NCBI GenBank assembly: GCA_964371355.1 | Contig: CAYJMG010000003.1 | Span: 89,351-153,350 of the forward strand | Length of the DNA: 64,000 bases | Source of the DNA: an uncultured Dehalococcoidia bacterium | GTDB taxonomy: Bacteria; Chloroflexota; Dehalococcoidia; DSTF01; JACRBR01 | Direction of reading: 5' to 3' | Part shown: one piece after another, positions 55,359-64,000 of the stretch | Numbering within the stretch: the first letter of the stretch is position 1 | Layout of the letters: every line of letters begins with the position of its first letter | Position numbers and translations under genes: made by a program | Notes under the pieces: model-generated | What the model was told of the DNA's origin: nothing | The model's database searches: none | The model's input: only the letters and a program-made list of their open reading frames with translations

Positions 55359-55882
55359 CCTGGTTAGACGCAGCCATCGTCGTCATCATGCTGTTCTTCG
55401 TGGTGACGGCGTTCCAGGGTGGGCTAGTACGCGAGGTCATCGCCTTCGCCTCGACGCTGGCCGGCATCGTCGTCGCCGGCATCTTCTACGACGACCTGCG
55501 CGACTCGATGCTCACCAGCATCGACAACGAGACGGTAGCCAGCGCCGTGTCGTTCCTGGTGATCTTCGGGGCGATCACCGTCGCCGGCCAACTGCTGGCC
55601 ATGGTCGTCCACCCCATGATCCAGGTCCTGCAGCTCGGCATGGCCGACCAGTTCCTGGGCGCAGGCTTCGGCGCCGTGAAGGGCTTCATCCTCATCGAGG
55701 CGCTGCTCATCCTCATGGTGACGTACCCCTTCTGGGACATGGACCAGGAGATCGACCAGTCGGAGTTCGCCACGCGCCTCCTCAACGTCGCGACCCCAGT
55801 CACGAAAGTTCTGCCCGACATCTTCCAGAGCAAGGTCGACGCCTTCACCGACGGCGACACCGCCCCGATCCGGGACAGTTAG
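55355..55882 (+). CDS. cvpA: CvpA family membrane protein
   Basis: Four transmembrane helices with the CvpA pattern (LDAAIVVIMLFFVVTAF...). GTGA overlap with the lon stop. Confidence 0.75.
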   Translation: MTWLDAAIVVIMLFFVVTAFQGGLVREVIAFASTLAGIVVAGIFYDDLRDSMLTSIDNETVASAVSFLVIFGAITVAGQLLAMVVHPMIQVLQLGMADQFLGAGFGAVKGFILIEALLILMVTYPFWDMDQEIDQSEFATRLLNVATPVTKVLPDIFQSKVDAFTDGDTAPIRDS

Positions 55883-55933
55883 CGCTCAGCTCCTGGCTGC
55901 TGGCATCGTTAGCGGACGCGACAGCCCGCGCCC

Positions 55934-56773
55934 CTACACTGACTCACTCTCGACGACAGCCAGCCCCAGCATGCCCGGGCCACCGTGTACGCCCAGCGCC
56001 GGCCCGAAGCGCCCGATGTGCACCGGCACGCCCGGCCGCGCTTCCCGCACGCGCGCCGCGAGATCGTCGGCATCTTGTGGCGTGGTCGTGTGCATCACCG
56101 CCACGTCGTCGACGCGCTCCGCGCTCAAGGCCAGCGCCAGCAGCTCGTCGAGTGCCTTCCGGCGCGAGCGCACCCGCGCGACCGGGTGCGCCTCCCCGTC
56201 CTGCACGGTGAGGATCGGCTTCAGTTTCAGCAGCCCGCCCACGAAGGCCGACGCCCGGCCGATGCGCCCGCCCCGCCGCAGGTATTCCAGCGTCTCGAAC
56301 GTCACCAGCAGCTTCAGCCGCCGCGCGACGGACTCCGCCGCGGCCGCGCACTCCGCCCGCGCCGCGCCGGCCTGCGCCGCCCTCGCTGCCGCCAGCGCGC
56401 ACATGCCCAACGGCATCGACACGAACCCGGAATCGACGACGGTGATCTTCTCCGCGGCCACCTCGCGGGCGACCGAGCGCGCCGTCTCGACCGTGCCGCT
56501 GAACTTGTGCGAGAGATGCACCGAGACGACTTCGCCTCGCGTCACCAGGTGCTCGTAGGCGTGCTGGAACAGCGCGGGCGGCGGCTGCGACGTCGTCGGG
56601 AGCTGCTTCGATGACTGCAACCGCGCGTAGAACTCGTCCGCGCCCAGATCGACGCCGTCCCGGAACGACTCGTCGCCGAACGTCACGCTCAGCGGCACCA
56701 TCGTGATCCCGTACTGTTCCGCCAGCTCGCGCGGGATATCGCTGGTGCTGTCGGTGACAACGAAGACGGTCAT
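55934..56773 (-). CDS. DegV family fatty-acid-binding protein
   Basis: 280 aa from the ATG at 56773 (VFVVTDSTSDIP..., SHKFSGT). Two nt downstream of yloV. Confidence 0.85.
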   Translation of the reverse strand: MTVFVVTDSTSDIPRELAEQYGITMVPLSVTFGDESFRDGVDLGADEFYARLQSSKQLPTTSQPPPALFQHAYEHLVTRGEVVSVHLSHKFSGTVETARSVAREVAAEKITVVDSGFVSMPLGMCALAAARAAQAGAARAECAAAAESVARRLKLLVTFETLEYLRRGGRIGRASAFVGGLLKLKPILTVQDGEAHPVARVRSRRKALDELLALALSAERVDDVAVMHTTTPQDADDLAARVREARPGVPVHIGRFGPALGVHGGPGMLGLAVVESESV

Positions 56774-56775
56774 GC

Positions 56776-58422
56776 TCACTCCACCCCGATCAGGTACGGA
56801 TAGTGCGGCTGCCCGCCGTCCACCACCTCCACTTCGCATCCGAACGCATCACGCAGCCGCGCGGCCAGCGTCTCGGCTGCCTCCGCCGTCTCGCCCTCGC
56901 CGTAATACAGCGTGACGATCGCGCCCGAACGCCCTTCCAGCACGCGCGCCGCGCACGCGTACGCCGCCCCGGCCACGGTCTCCGACGCCAGCGCCAGGTC
57001 GCCGTCGATTAATGCGATCGGTTGCCCCCGGCGCACGTCGATGCCGTGAATCCTCGTCGCCCGCGCCGCCAGCGTCACCTCGCCGGTGCGCACGTCGGCG
57101 ATCGCCGCCTCCATCGCCGCGACGTTGTCGGCGGACGGCGCTTCGGCGTTGAACGCGACCATCGCCGCCACGCCCTGTGGGATGCTGCGCGTCCGCACCA
57201 CGTGCACGCGCTCGCCCAGCTCGCGCGCCGCCTGCTGCGCCGCCAGCACGATGTTCTTGTTGTTCGGCAGCACGATCGTGTCCGAGCCGCCGGCCGCCGC
57301 GATCGCATCGCGGATCTCGCCCGCGCTCGGGTTCATCGTCTGGCCCCCGTGCACGACAGCCGCCGCACCCAGCGACCGGAACAGCGCTTCCATTCCCGCG
57401 CCCGCCGCCACGGCGACGATCGCGACGCGCGCGCCCGCCGGAGCCGGAGCCGGAGCATGCGACGCCAGCATCTGGAACTGCGCCTCCATGTCCTCCGCCT
57501 TCTCGTTCGATACCGCGCCCAGCGTCCGGCCGTACGCGAACGCCTCCTCCGGCGCGGCCGTGTGTACGTGTACCCGCACCGCGCCGTCGCCCCCGACCAC
57601 CAGCACGCTGTCGCCTATCGATGACAGCCGGGCGCGGACCACCTCCGGGTCCAGCGCCGCCGCCGTGACCACGAACTCCGTGCAGAAGCCCGACCGGTCG
57701 CCGGCGTCGTGCACGGCGCGCGTCGCCGAAAGCCACGCCTCGTCGATGGCGCCGAAGTCACGCGGCGCCGCGACTTCCTCGCCCCGCAGGCTGCGCACCA
57801 TCGCGTCGAGGATGATGGCCAGCCCTTGCGCCCCCGCGTCGACGACGCCCGCCTCCTTCAGCACCGGCAGAAGCTCCGGCGTCCGGTCGGTCGCCTCCTG
57901 CGCCGCCGCTGCCGCCGACGCGAGCACCGCGACCGGCGCCTCACCCGCATGCTGGCCCGCCGCGCTCGCGGCCGCGGTGATCGCCGTCAGGATCGTGCCT
58001 TCCCGCGGGTTTGAGATCACGCGGTATGCCGCAGACCGGCCGCGTTCGAGTGCCGCCGCGAGTACCGGCCCTTCGAGTACGGCCGCCGTACCCTCGAAGG
58101 CCGCCATGCCCGTAAGGATCTGCGACAGGATGACGCCCGAGTTCCCGCGCGCCCCCATCAGCGCCGCTCGCGCCGCCGCCGCCACCACTTCGGAGGCCAC
58201 CGGCTCGCCCGCCAGGCCGCGCACGGCGTCGCAAGCCGCGCGCATCGTCATGAACATGTTCGTGCCAGTGTCGCCGTCGGGCACCGGGAACACGTTGATC
58301 GCGTTCAGCGCCTCCCGCTGCAGCTCCAGCGCGCGCTCGGCGCCAAGCAGCGCGCGGGCCAGCGCCGGGCCGTCGATGTCAGCCGGGTCCGCGGAGTCTG
58401 CGGGGGCGGGGGGTGGTGGCAT
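56776..58422 (-). CDS. yloV: DAK2-domain fusion protein YloV
   Basis: The LNVFPVPDGDTGTNM Dak2 motif plus the C-terminal DegV-like half. Conserved synteny with degV and rpmB. Confidence 0.85.
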   Translation of the reverse strand: MPPPPAPADSADPADIDGPALARALLGAERALELQREALNAINVFPVPDGDTGTNMFMTMRAACDAVRGLAGEPVASEVVAAAARAALMGARGNSGVILSQILTGMAAFEGTAAVLEGPVLAAALERGRSAAYRVISNPREGTILTAITAAASAAGQHAGEAPVAVLASAAAAAQEATDRTPELLPVLKEAGVVDAGAQGLAIILDAMVRSLRGEEVAAPRDFGAIDEAWLSATRAVHDAGDRSGFCTEFVVTAAALDPEVVRARLSSIGDSVLVVGGDGAVRVHVHTAAPEEAFAYGRTLGAVSNEKAEDMEAQFQMLASHAPAPAPAGARVAIVAVAAGAGMEALFRSLGAAAVVHGGQTMNPSAGEIRDAIAAAGGSDTIVLPNNKNIVLAAQQAARELGERVHVVRTRSIPQGVAAMVAFNAEAPSADNVAAMEAAIADVRTGEVTLAARATRIHGIDVRRGQPIALIDGDLALASETVAGAAYACAARVLEGRSGAIVTLYYGEGETAEAAETLAARLRDAFGCEVEVVDGGQPHYPYLIGVE

Positions 58423-58495
58423 CGGCAGTGGTTGCCCGGGGATCGGGCCAAATGTTAAGGTTACGGGTTCACGATTCTAACACGGAGAAAGCACG

Positions 58496-58705
58496 ATGCC
58501 TGCGATTTGCGCAGTCTGCGGCAAGGGCACGACGTTCGGCCGCAATATCCGCCACCGCCACTCGGGCCGCTGGGAGCGGGAGGCGCACAAGACCAACCGC
58601 GCATTCCGCCCCAACCTCCACCAGCAGGTCATCCACGTCGCCGGCCAGTCCGTCCGCGTGAAGATCTGCACCCGCTGCCTGAGGACCCAGACCAAGACGC
58701 GATGA
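58496..58705 (+). CDS. rpmB: 50S ribosomal protein L28
   Basis: MPAICAVCGKGTTFGRNIRHRHSGRWEREAHKTNRAFRPNL matches bL28 across its length. Confidence 0.9.
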   Translation: MPAICAVCGKGTTFGRNIRHRHSGRWEREAHKTNRAFRPNLHQQVIHVAGQSVRVKICTRCLRTQTKTR

Positions 58706-59016
58706 ACGCCATCCCGACCTCCCACGGCCGCATGCCAGGCTTCCAGCCTGTATCGCCGCAGGACGACGAGCGCTACGGCCGCATCTTCGACGTCACGCGC
58801 GGCGCCAACGAGTACCTCATCGCACACAACGCCGAACTCGCCGAGCAATACCCAGGCGAGTGGGTTGGGATGGACGCGAGCGGAGTCGTGGCTCACCACA
58901 CCGACTCGGCTGAGTTCCAGCACCTGCTCCAGGTGGCGGGCAAGGCCAGCGAGACGACCATCCGCTTCTACTTCCTGCCGCGAGACCGCAGGTACATCTT
59001 CTCGACGTGCGCATAG
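58702..59016 (+). CDS. DUF5678-like small protein
   Basis: ATGA overlap with the rpmB stop. 104 aa with the YPGEWVGMDASGVVAHHTDSAEF core resembling DUF5678. The track's longer ORF would be antisense to rpmB. Confidence 0.5.
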   Translation: MNAIPTSHGRMPGFQPVSPQDDERYGRIFDVTRGANEYLIAHNAELAEQYPGEWVGMDASGVVAHHTDSAEFQHLLQVAGKASETTIRFYFLPRDRRYIFSTCA

Positions 59017-59477
59017 AAGGCCGCTTCCTGCAGGGAGCGCCACGGCTTCCGGGACGTCTGCTGTTTCAGGGGATCGCCCGCGCCACCGGCCAGGTCTGGT
59101 TCCTCGTTGACACTGGCGCCGAGCTCTCGGTGTACGTCCCCGACCCCGACAACCCAAATACACCCCAGTTCGGGGACTTCAGCACGTTTCCCGGAGGTGT
59201 GATCGGAGGTTTCGGCGGCAGCCATCCGGTGCGCATCGCGCCTGCTACGATCTTCTTCGACAGCCAGCCTGAGGGCCGAATCCAGATCCAGCGCACGATC
59301 GCGGTCGTGGATCCTCTCACCGCGACGGGATTTCCGAGCATCCTGGGCCGTGACATCCTCGACTACGCCTGCGTGACCATCGACCGCTCAGCCGGGCTCG
59401 TCCGGCTGACGGACCCCGAAGGCGACCTCGAGGCCCCCCGCTGGCCCGATGGCGAGGCCGGGACCCGGCAGCGCTGA
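59007..59477 (+). CDS. Retropepsin-like (clan AA) aspartic protease
   Basis: Active-site LVDTGAE, a flap Gly-rich segment, and a C-terminal GRDIL motif. Overlaps the preceding small gene by 10 nt. Confidence 0.7.
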   Translation: MRIEGRFLQGAPRLPGRLLFQGIARATGQVWFLVDTGAELSVYVPDPDNPNTPQFGDFSTFPGGVIGGFGGSHPVRIAPATIFFDSQPEGRIQIQRTIAVVDPLTATGFPSILGRDILDYACVTIDRSAGLVRLTDPEGDLEAPRWPDGEAGTRQR

Positions 59478-59573
59478 GCGCATCAGCCCATTTCGACGTT
59501 GTTCGCGATCCCCATTCCCTCCGCCCCGGCATTACGTTCGGTTTGCACAGTAGGAAATTGTCAACCAACCAGC

Positions 59574-59602
59574 TTGACACCCTATGGGCCCGGTGTTACG
59601 TT
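59574..59602 (+). promoter_or_regulatory. Candidate sigma70-type promoter (TTGACA-N17-TACGTT) in the flp upstream region, flanked by a repeated TTACGTTC motif
   Basis: TTGACA at 59574-59579, a 17-nt spacer, then TACGTT at 59597-59602. The 8-mer TTACGTTC occurs at 59532-59539 and 59595-59602. About 330 nt upstream of flp. Confidence 0.3.
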
Positions 59603-59933
59603 CCGATCGCCTTCCCGCAGGCGCACGGGCATCGTGGGTGGCGCGGCCCGGGCATATCCGATTGAAGCTAACGACAGATTCGCAGGCAGCCGCGACCCGG
59701 CTGTCTGGTCGACGGTCTGCGCCGCACCTGGCGACGGTCGCTGGGTGCGCGTTCTGTCAAGGAGCGGAGCCGCAACAGTGCGCGTCAGGCGCGCGTTGTA
59801 GGTGACAGCGACGGCAGGCCCGCGGGCCGCCCCGGCGGCGCCCACCGCGTCCGCCCCCGAACAAGGACATCTCCCCGCGGGTGGCGGGGTATGTAAGTTC
59901 ACACGACCTGTTGGTCAAGTGCAGGAGGGTTCA

Positions 59934-60185
59934 GTGATTAACACAGTCATGCTTTCAGCGATGACGTGGGTGACCAGCACGGTCGGCTCCCTCGTCGCCC
60001 GAATCAAGGAAGAGCGCGGCCAGGACATCATGGAGTACGCCGTCCTCGCCGGCGCGATTGCGCTGGTGGCTGGTTTCGTCCTCATCGGCGGAACAGTGGC
60101 TGGAATCGACATTGCCGGTGCCGTCGAGGATTTCGGAGTAGAGGTCACTGAATGCATCGGCATTCAGGATGGCTGCGGAAGCTAG
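59934..60185 (+). CDS. flp: Flp family type IVb pilin precursor
   Basis: Prepilin peptidase motif G/QDIMEY followed by a hydrophobic helix AVLAGAIALVAGFVLIGG. A GTG at 59934 has AGGAGG 5 nt upstream; the ATG at 59949 is an alternative (24-aa leader). The mature C-terminus has two Cys (ECIGIQDGCGS). Confidence 0.75.
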   Translation: MINTVMLSAMTWVTSTVGSLVARIKEERGQDIMEYAVLAGAIALVAGFVLIGGTVAGIDIAGAVEDFGVEVTECIGIQDGCGS

Positions 60186-60215
60186 GTCACCAGACAGATA
60201 GGCCACAGGGCCGCC

Positions 60216-60683
60216 ATGCGTAAGAAGCAAGAGCGAGGCGAACTCGGCCAGGGACTGGTCGAGTTCGCCATCGTTTTCCCTCTGCTGGTCTTCTTCCTGT
60301 TCGCGATCGTCGAAGCCGGTCTCGGCTTTCAGCGCCAGGCTACGCTCCAGCACGCCGTCCGCGAGGGCGCGAGGTATGGCGCCCTCCGCGACAACGCCGA
60401 CGTAGGGGCGTATGTGCAACAGCGGACCAGCGATCAGTCGCACGGACTAGTCGAACTCAACGACGTTGTGATCTGCTTTACCGACATGGACGGTGACACC
60501 CAGATCGGAGCGGGGGACGCCATCGATGTGCAGGTGATCTACGCGTACCAGCCCAGCTTCCTGAAGAGCGCCGCGGGCCTTTTCGGGGCCATCGTCCCAA
60601 GCTCGTTCACCATCGACGTAACCGGCAGCGCGCGTCTTGAGGTAGCGCTGGACGACCCCAACCCCGGGAACATTTGCTCATGA
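60216..60683 (+). CDS. tadE: TadE/TadG-like pilus assembly protein (pseudopilin)
   Basis: N-terminal GQGLVEFAIVFPLLVFFLFAIVEAG TadE-like helix (PF07811 pattern). Confidence 0.75.
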   Translation: MRKKQERGELGQGLVEFAIVFPLLVFFLFAIVEAGLGFQRQATLQHAVREGARYGALRDNADVGAYVQQRTSDQSHGLVELNDVVICFTDMDGDTQIGAGDAIDVQVIYAYQPSFLKSAAGLFGAIVPSSFTIDVTGSARLEVALDDPNPGNICS

Positions 60684-62134
60684 ATGGGTCGGCCTCCGTT
60701 CGTCATCTCACGAAACTTGTGCACGCGGACGAGCGCGGGCAGGTGTTCATCATCTTCACGGCGGTGATCACGGTCATCATGGCCGCCGCTGTGATCGGCA
60801 TCGACTACAGCATGTGGCTCAGCGAGCGTCGCGGCATCGCCCGGGCCGCCGATCTGGCAGCGCTCGCTGCAATCAGGGACCTCCCCGCCGATCCAGTGGT
60901 CGATACCGTGTACACCGAAGGAGCCTGCGACACCGATGCTTGCACGGCGGTCTACGACTGGGCTGGCCGCAACGGGTACGGTGAGCTGGACAACGCAGAC
61001 GTCCGCGTTGCCTACTTCTGCAGCAACACCATCGCCTTTCCGCCGGATGGGTTCTGCAAGAACGAGCAGCGCAGTGACCCCGTGCTCCCGATCAGTCCTT
61101 GTCCATCCGAAGCCGGTGAGGTCGGTTGCGATTCCGTCCGCGTTTCGATTCAGAAGGAGGCGGTCAACCTGTTCGGCGCCTTCTTCGGCGGCATCAACTT
61201 CGACGTAGGGTACACGTCCTTCGCCCGCGTCTCGTTCCGCATCGCCCCGTTGGACACGGTGATGTCCATCGACGCCAGCGGCAGCATGGACAATGGGTGC
61301 AGCCCGGCGCAAGATAACGTCGGTTGTCCGATCCGTGAAGCGCGGAAAGCGGCGAATGACTTCGTTACGATCCTGCTGGGAGACGATCCCGATGAAGGGA
61401 ACGTGCAGGTCGGGTATGCGCCCTACCGCGCGTGCTACAACCCGCCAAGCGGGGCGGGCTCCTGCGTGCCATCTTTAGGCATAGACGCAACCGATTGCGG
61501 TAACCCACCATCGTCGTCTTGGGTGCTCTGCCTCGGCAAAGACCCAGACTTGCTCCGCAACAGATTCGCCGCGACGATGCCGGGCTCATCCACGAACGTG
61601 TGCCTGGGGATGTTTGAATCCGGCGAGATCCTGGCCGGGCCCGGGATGAATCAGAATCCTGAGGCTCAACGCTTCCTGGTCCTACTGACGGACGGGGAGA
61701 ACTACTACCCGGTCGACCCGGATGCCCAGGCTGAGCTCCAACTGCCTCCGGACTGCATCCCAAACAACCAGAACAGCAACAACAACTTCGACTGCGACGA
61801 TGCACCCAGCCCGGCTGAACGCGGTCTCGACACCAAGACGATGGAGATGGCGGACGACCTGAAGGCTCAGGGCGTCGAGATCTACGTCGTGGGCCTTAAC
61901 GTCTGTGATATCGAGGACGGGACGATATGGGACGTCAATCCCGGCTTCTGCAATGCCATCGGGAACGGTCAGGATGACGATGTCGCGAACCGGCGACTGC
62001 TAAAGTGCATCGCGTCCTCGAATCCGGGTACCAACGACCACTACAACGAAGCGAACGCCATAGACCTCGGCGACATCTTCCAGGGTGTGGCGTATGAAAT
62101 CGCCGGGCGCGGCCTTTCGACGGAACCTCCCTGA
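60674..62134 (+). CDS. tadG: TadG-like pilus assembly protein with vWA domain
   Basis: N-terminal Tad_N-like helix (ERGQVFIIFTAVITVIMAAAVIGIDYSMW). vWA MIDAS residues (MSIDASGSM ... LLTDGENY). Confidence 0.75.
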   Translation: MLMNGSASVRHLTKLVHADERGQVFIIFTAVITVIMAAAVIGIDYSMWLSERRGIARAADLAALAAIRDLPADPVVDTVYTEGACDTDACTAVYDWAGRNGYGELDNADVRVAYFCSNTIAFPPDGFCKNEQRSDPVLPISPCPSEAGEVGCDSVRVSIQKEAVNLFGAFFGGINFDVGYTSFARVSFRIAPLDTVMSIDASGSMDNGCSPAQDNVGCPIREARKAANDFVTILLGDDPDEGNVQVGYAPYRACYNPPSGAGSCVPSLGIDATDCGNPPSSSWVLCLGKDPDLLRNRFAATMPGSSTNVCLGMFESGEILAGPGMNQNPEAQRFLVLLTDGENYYPVDPDAQAELQLPPDCIPNNQNSNNNFDCDDAPSPAERGLDTKTMEMADDLKAQGVEIYVVGLNVCDIEDGTIWDVNPGFCNAIGNGQDDDVANRRLLKCIASSNPGTNDHYNEANAIDLGDIFQGVAYEIAGRGLSTEPP

Positions 62135-62227
62135 GGCGGCGGCTCCGGCTTCGGCCGCAGGCCGGCCTGATACGGAGGGGCGGCGCGCCTCGTTGACAGT
62201 AGAGACGGGATAGTAAGGACAGGATCA

Positions 62228-63052
62228 ATGGCACGGACCATCGCTTCCGCCAACCCGGAACGCCAGAACCGGCTCATCTTCATGGGGGCCATCGCCTTCG
62301 CCGTGCTGGCCGCCGTGCTGGTCTTCGCCGCCCTCAGTGGCCTGGGCGAGGACAACGGCGGTGGCGGCAGCGCTGGCTTCAGCGACACGATCGACGTCGT
62401 CGTCGCCTCGCAGGAGATCTCCGCCGGCACCCGCATCTCTGGCGATATGCTGCAGCTCGCCACCCTGCCCGCCAACGGCATCGTGGAGGGCGCGCTCACC
62501 ACGCGCGACGGCCTCGATGGCCTCGTCGTGCGCCAGAACATGGCCAGGGGCGAGCAGTTCACCGCCACCAAGCTGGGCCAGACCGAGGCTGACGGCGACA
62601 GCACGCTCAGCGCCATCGTGCCCCCGGGCATGCGTGCCGCCGCGCTGGAGGTCGATGAGAACACCATCGTCGGCGGCCTCGTCGTCGCCGGCGACCGCGT
62701 CGATATCATCGTCATCATGGAGGACCAGGACGGCGACGGCCCGCCGCGCGCCGTGACCCTGCTGCAGGACATCGAGGTGCTGGCCGTCGCCCAGACCACC
62801 CAGAAGCCGGTCACCCGGCTCGACAAGGACGGCAACCCCATCGAGACCGACACCGCATCGGGCGAGCTTTCGACACGGCCCGACGACACCAGCGCCAACG
62901 AGAAGGCGAAGACCGTGACGCTGGCCGTGGAGCCGGGCGACGCGCCGCTGCTGGCGCTGGCCCAGGACCAGGGCGCCGTGTACCTGGTGCTGCGCGGCCA
63001 GGGCGACGACGAGGTGCTGCCCGTCGGGCCCGTCACGCTGCCGACGGAGTAA
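62228..63052 (+). CDS. cpaB: Flp pilus assembly protein CpaB/RcpC
   Basis: N-terminal transmembrane anchor, SAF-like domain (VVVASQEISAGTRISGDML), and a CpaB C-terminal beta domain. Confidence 0.8.
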   Translation: MARTIASANPERQNRLIFMGAIAFAVLAAVLVFAALSGLGEDNGGGGSAGFSDTIDVVVASQEISAGTRISGDMLQLATLPANGIVEGALTTRDGLDGLVVRQNMARGEQFTATKLGQTEADGDSTLSAIVPPGMRAAALEVDENTIVGGLVVAGDRVDIIVIMEDQDGDGPPRAVTLLQDIEVLAVAQTTQKPVTRLDKDGNPIETDTASGELSTRPDDTSANEKAKTVTLAVEPGDAPLLALAQDQGAVYLVLRGQGDDEVLPVGPVTLPTE

Positions 63053-63101
63053 GAACAGAGAGACGGCAAGAGCAGGGCTTGAACGGACCGCGGGGAACCA
63101 A

Positions 63102-64000
63102 GTGGCAAAAAACCCATCGGCGCTCATCATCGATACGGATATCCAGGCGCGCTTCGAGGCGAAACAGATCGTGAAGGCCAGCGGCCTCACCATCGCCGGC
63201 GAGTGCGGCTTCGGCATGGAGGCGGTCTCCTCCGCCCAGGAAGTGCGCCCCGACGTCGTCTTCCTCGGCGTCACCGAGCCCATCGAGCGCCCGCTGCAGA
63301 CCGTCGAGGCCCTCCAGAGCCTCATGCCCGATATGCCCATCCTGGTCTACAGCGAGACCAAGGACCTCGAGGTCGTCCGCAAGGCGATGATGGCCGGCGC
63401 CCGCGACTACCTGGCCAAGCCCATCAAGCCCGAGACCCTGCGCCAGAGCGTCATGATGGCGCTGGAGGCCGAGGAGAAGCGCAAGCTGCGCCAGCTTGGC
63501 CAGCTCCCCGGCGCCGCCACCGCCGGCACCATCATCACCGTCTTCGGCGCGAAGGGCGGCATCGGCAAGTCCACCATCAGCACCAACCTCGCCGTCGCCA
63601 TGGCCCGCATGGACCGCGCGTCCGTTATCATCGTCGATCTCGACAACGGCTTCGGCGATATCGCCGGCATGCTGGACGTGCGGCCCGAACGCACCCTGTT
63701 CGACATGGTGCGCGACCTCGACATGATCGAGCGCGACGACATCGAGCGCTATGTCGTGAAGCACGAGCTGACCGACCTCGACGTCATGGCCGGCCCCACC
63801 GTGCTGGAGTGGCGCAAGATCTCGCCCGACCAGGTGCGCCGCTCGGTCGAGTTCCTCGCCAGCAACTACGACACCGTCATCCTCGACACCTCCGGCATGC
63901 TCAACGAGCTGGCGGAGATGGCCGTCGAGATCGCCACCATCGTCCTCTGGGTCACCACCACGGAGTACGCCAGCGTGAAGGACTCGCTGGAGGCCATGCA
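63102..64000 (+). CDS. cpaE: Pilus assembly protein CpaE/TadZ (receiver-like domain plus MinD/ParA-type ATPase), 5' partial in window
   Basis: GTG at 63102. Receiver-like N-domain (ALIIDTDIQARFEAKQIV...). Deviant Walker A GAKGGIGKSTISTNLA. Continues past the window end. Confidence 0.75.
   Translation, partial: MAKNPSALIIDTDIQARFEAKQIVKASGLTIAGECGFGMEAVSSAQEVRPDVVFLGVTEPIERPLQTVEALQSLMPDMPILVYSETKDLEVVRKAMMAGARDYLAKPIKPETLRQSVMMALEAEEKRKLRQLGQLPGAATAGTIITVFGAKGGIGKSTISTNLAVAMARMDRASVIIVDLDNGFGDIAGMLDVRPERTLFDMVRDLDMIERDDIERYVVKHELTDLDVMAGPTVLEWRKISPDQVRRSVEFLASNYDTVILDTSGMLNELAEMAVEIATIVLWVTTTEYASVKDSLEAM

Noticed and set aside
59802-59933. Longer Flp precursor starting at 59802 (127 aa per ORF track)
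   Set aside because: The first 44 codons are Ala/Pro/Gly-rich (MTATAGPRAAPAAPTASAPEQ...) and would give an implausibly long leader. The GTG at 59934 has an optimally spaced AGGAGG.

Overview
This is a high-GC (~70%) bacterial chromosomal segment, probably from a monoderm Actinomycetota- or Chloroflexota-like organism (Tad pilus locus without a secretin; DegV-YloV-rpmB neighbourhood). Coding density is high and there are about 60 supportable genes. Many antisense ORFs in the track are GC artefacts. In order, the window holds: a NUDIX hydrolase and ada; an M16 peptidase; a Wzm/Wzt-type ABC-2 exporter with two acetyltransferases and a methyltransferase; an acyl-CoA dehydrogenase; a small-molecule modification cluster (DinB/DUF664, methyltransferase, APH-like kinase, GNAT); a CE4 polysaccharide deacetylase lipoprotein; MgtE; a GH3 hexosaminidase lipoprotein; tRNA-Thr(CGU); an SDR-TetR-SDR set; and citrate synthase. 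After these comes a 2413-aa c-di-GMP signalling protein (GAF, 13 PAS, GGDEF, GAF, HD-GYP) containing six tandem ~378-bp PAS repeat units. A 14-kb glycoconjugate biosynthesis island follows: a GT87-like membrane glycosyltransferase, three tandem paralogous GT4-like genes, a GT4 and a GT2, two tandem Stf0-like sulfotransferases, a GT-C PMT/ArnT-like enzyme, and three methyltransferases. It predicts a sulfated, methylated glycan and is the most system-like novelty in the window. Downstream are TfoX-N, another DinB, an orphan fabF, and two paralogous secreted proteins with TSP3 repeats and a dockerin-like C-terminus. One of these has a low-GC, apparently foreign N-terminal beta-propeller, and an orphan dockerin gene fragment lies between them. 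The window ends with Lon, CvpA, DegV, YloV, rpmB, a DUF5678-like/retropepsin gene pair, and a Gram-positive-type Tad/Flp pilus locus (flp, tadE, tadG-vWA, cpaB, cpaE partial). No CRISPR array, transposase or integrase was seen.
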